A DNA stretch of 64,000 bases. Origin: Octopus sinensis. Taxonomy: Eukaryota. Location: NCBI RefSeq assembly GCF_006345805.1, contig NC_042998.1, positions 84,134,001 to 84,198,000 on the forward strand, read 5' to 3'. Below, in pieces: positions 61,690 through 64,000 of the stretch. The position numbers were made by a program, and so were the translations under genes. How positions within the stretch are numbered: the first letter of the stretch is position 1; the number at the start of each line of letters is the position of its first letter. The notes under the pieces were generated by a model. That model was not told the origin of the DNA, ran no database searches, and saw nothing but the letters and a program-made list of their open reading frames with translations.

Positions 61690-62640
61690 ATGACGCTGTG
61701 TGTGTGTGTGCTACTTTTTCGCAATAACACGTGTACCATCCTAATTATTGCTTCTTGTCCGCTACCGATCGATCCCAAAGCCGAATCAGTGTGTGCCAGT
61801 TGTAATTTTGTGTCGGTAGGTTTATTTAGATGGTTTTTTGTGCTTTCTCTTCACGTAAGAGAAGAGACAGCTGGTTGAAGAATGTCTGAAGACAGTTATA
61901 GTTATTCAGACATGTCATCGTCCGAGGAGTTGTTGGAGGCAGTTAAGACAATGGACCAGAAACTGATAAAAGAGAAGGGGAATTTTGCTGATGCAGTAAG
62001 GTGCAAGGAAACAGAAGTGGATATCAAGGAATTCGGAAGACACAAAGAAGAAATGAACCGAGATGGGTTCGAAGTGAAGCTGTCGCCCCCGCAAGAGGTT
62101 AAAAACGGAATAAGGGAAAAGGCGATAATCTATCGAAACTTTTCGATAAATAAAGAAAGAATAAACGTCGCCACGACAGAACAAATAGAAAAGGCGTGAA
62201 AGCAGATTTGGGAAGACATAATATACCTGACTAGAGGCTCAACATTTGGAACAGTTGAAGGAAGGTTTCGTAATGCAGTAGCAGCAAGGAAACATGCAGC
62301 GTCGACAATTCGGAGTGATGAAGTGGTGCTTTTGCCCATGTATAGAGGCATGAGAGCAATAAGGGTCTTGGTTGAAGGAATCCCACCAGAGATTGATGTG
62401 ACCTGGGTGGCAGATGCGGTCCACTTTAGTAATGAGGACAACATAGTGGTACTCCAGGCCAAGAAAAAAGATTGCGTCAACTGGAGAGGTCAATCACTAG
62501 AGATGATAGTCCAGGGTTCAAAAGAAATGATGGAAAAGATTACGGAAACAATAATTATGAAAGAAACAATTATGACTGTCAGGGTGGAAGGAAGAGTGCC
62601 ACGCTGCTTTAAATGTAGCCTGAAGGGACATGTAGTGGAT
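61690..62640 (+). mobile_element. Diverged Tx1 5' fragment (ORF1 61882-62640, one in-frame stop, truncated within the zinc knuckle)
   Basis: IIYLTRGSTFGTVEGRF..VLLPMYRG..IPPEIDVTW..PRCFKCSLKGH. Confidence 0.75.
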
Positions 62641-63811
62641 GCGTGGATGTATTAATAAATACATAAGTGCTTTGTAATAAATTAAAGATTTATTATCACT
62701 ACATCAATTTGTAAGCAATGTTACACATCGCTTGTACAAAATGCATATTAAATAGTGGTTGCAAATAATACATATTAAAGGAATGCATAATACAGGATAC
62801 ACATTAAAGCAGTATATGTTTGATGGTGTGTGTGTGTGTGTAAATCATGCATGACAGAGTCACCTTTCTGATTATTCTTTCGTCGTCCTCATAAATGCGT
62901 GGCGTTCTCTTAAACGTTGGTTCGGGTTCTCTCCAGATACCTATTTCTCCGTTCTATTTATAACATCTCAAATAGCCAGAAAAATAGATATACCGCAAGA
63001 GTGTTATTGCGTACAGTAGGTCGCTGGTCGTCCTGTTAAACTTCGCCTGACCTGCTCGGGTCAGAGGTCGAAGGGAGACGATCCATCATTTTTTGTCAGA
63101 ACAAAGAGATTCTGATTTCGCGCCTTTTTGTGCATTGGTATTTTACGACCAATGATTCTTGGGTCTGATTTCGAATCCAAGCTTTGAGAAGGAAGTGCTA
63201 ATTCTTACACTACCCCCCTTCTAGTGAGAAAGCCACAGAGATCGAACGATATTGGAAATGTATTATTATTATTATTTTTATTATTTTTTTTTTTTTTGAT
63301 TGTGTGCATGTAGAAAAAAATTTTTTTTACACATTGAACGATAAAAATATGGATGAAAGGTTTACAATTTGTATGTGCTATATGGTGGGCAATATGTATA
63401 TGTGCCCAGGCAGAATTATGTTGGCGCGTTGAAAGAGATGTGCGTCTATTGATTACTCGACCTACTAGAGGTCTAATAGAGACAAGGTATCTTTCAGTGG
63501 CGAAAAAAAAAATCGAGTGATAGCACGCATGAGAACAAGATTTGTAAATGTGTGTGGATATACAGTTAGCAAAAAAATATATTTATGAGAAAGCAAACAT
63601 TTTGAAGAGAAAACAAAAAATATGTACATGCAAAAATGAAAGAAATGTTCATCGGCAAAGTTCGATTTTGAAATGTTCCGTAAAAGTTCATACAGACAGT
63701 TTTTGTTTTCATTTTTTTTTTCTTTACGTACACAAATGTTCTTTGATTTCTCTGGGTGGGTGATGCAGTTATGTGTTCATTAGGAAGATGGATACGTTAG
63801 GAGTTCAGAAC

Positions 63812-63920
63812 TTACCCGAAAAACTTGCACAAACCTTGCTGGCCATCGAACTGTTCTTCCTGATTTGGTGTGTCGGGGTTGTGCAGCATCTGTGGTGTTC
63901 GCTGGAGTTGCCGAGTCTGT
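63812..63920 (-). mobile_element. Possible Gypsy pol C-terminal remnant
   Basis: HTKSGRTVRWPARF resembles the TRSGR.V..P.R motif that follows Gypsy integrases. Confidence 0.3.
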
Positions 63921-64000
63921 TTGAGGAAAAGAGGGGACTGAATGTAAGTCCTCCTCGATGAAAGCTTTTTTTAAACGATCAATCGAGACCGTATTTCGTT

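Overview
Repeat-dense, AT-rich metazoan DNA. The SINE, RTE, Tx1 and Penelope repertoire and the microsatellite load suggest a coleoid cephalopod such as Octopus (inference, not verified). One host gene is recognisable: a TMEM161(B) orthologue whose whole 485-aa CDS is a single exon (42476-43933, minus). The rest is mobile DNA: two near-full-length Tx1/L1-clade LINEs, a third Tx1 ORF1 fragment, two ORF1-derived non-autonomous elements, a Penelope GIY-YIG remnant, RTE/CR1/CRE/mariner/Gypsy fragments, MITEs, many tRNA-derived SINEs and microsatellites. Most ORFs in the supplied track are microsatellite or antisense artefacts. Three observations stand out. (1) Two diverged ~0.8-kb direct-repeat elements carry a hammerhead ribozyme core whose three segments appear in non-circularly permuted (pseudoknotted) order, with covarying stems I and III; stem II is imperfect in both. 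(2) Both long Tx1 LINEs are inserted at the same site in a tRNA-derived SINE head (16-bp TSD in one). A subfamily of that SINE carries the LINE's 3' end and stacks into itself. A separate ORF1-derived family ends at one fixed site in a different SINE head. (3) At least six further type I hammerhead(-like) motifs with core variants occur, four of them clustered at 13.1-15.5 kb. All of this was read by eye; no folding, alignment or database search was run.
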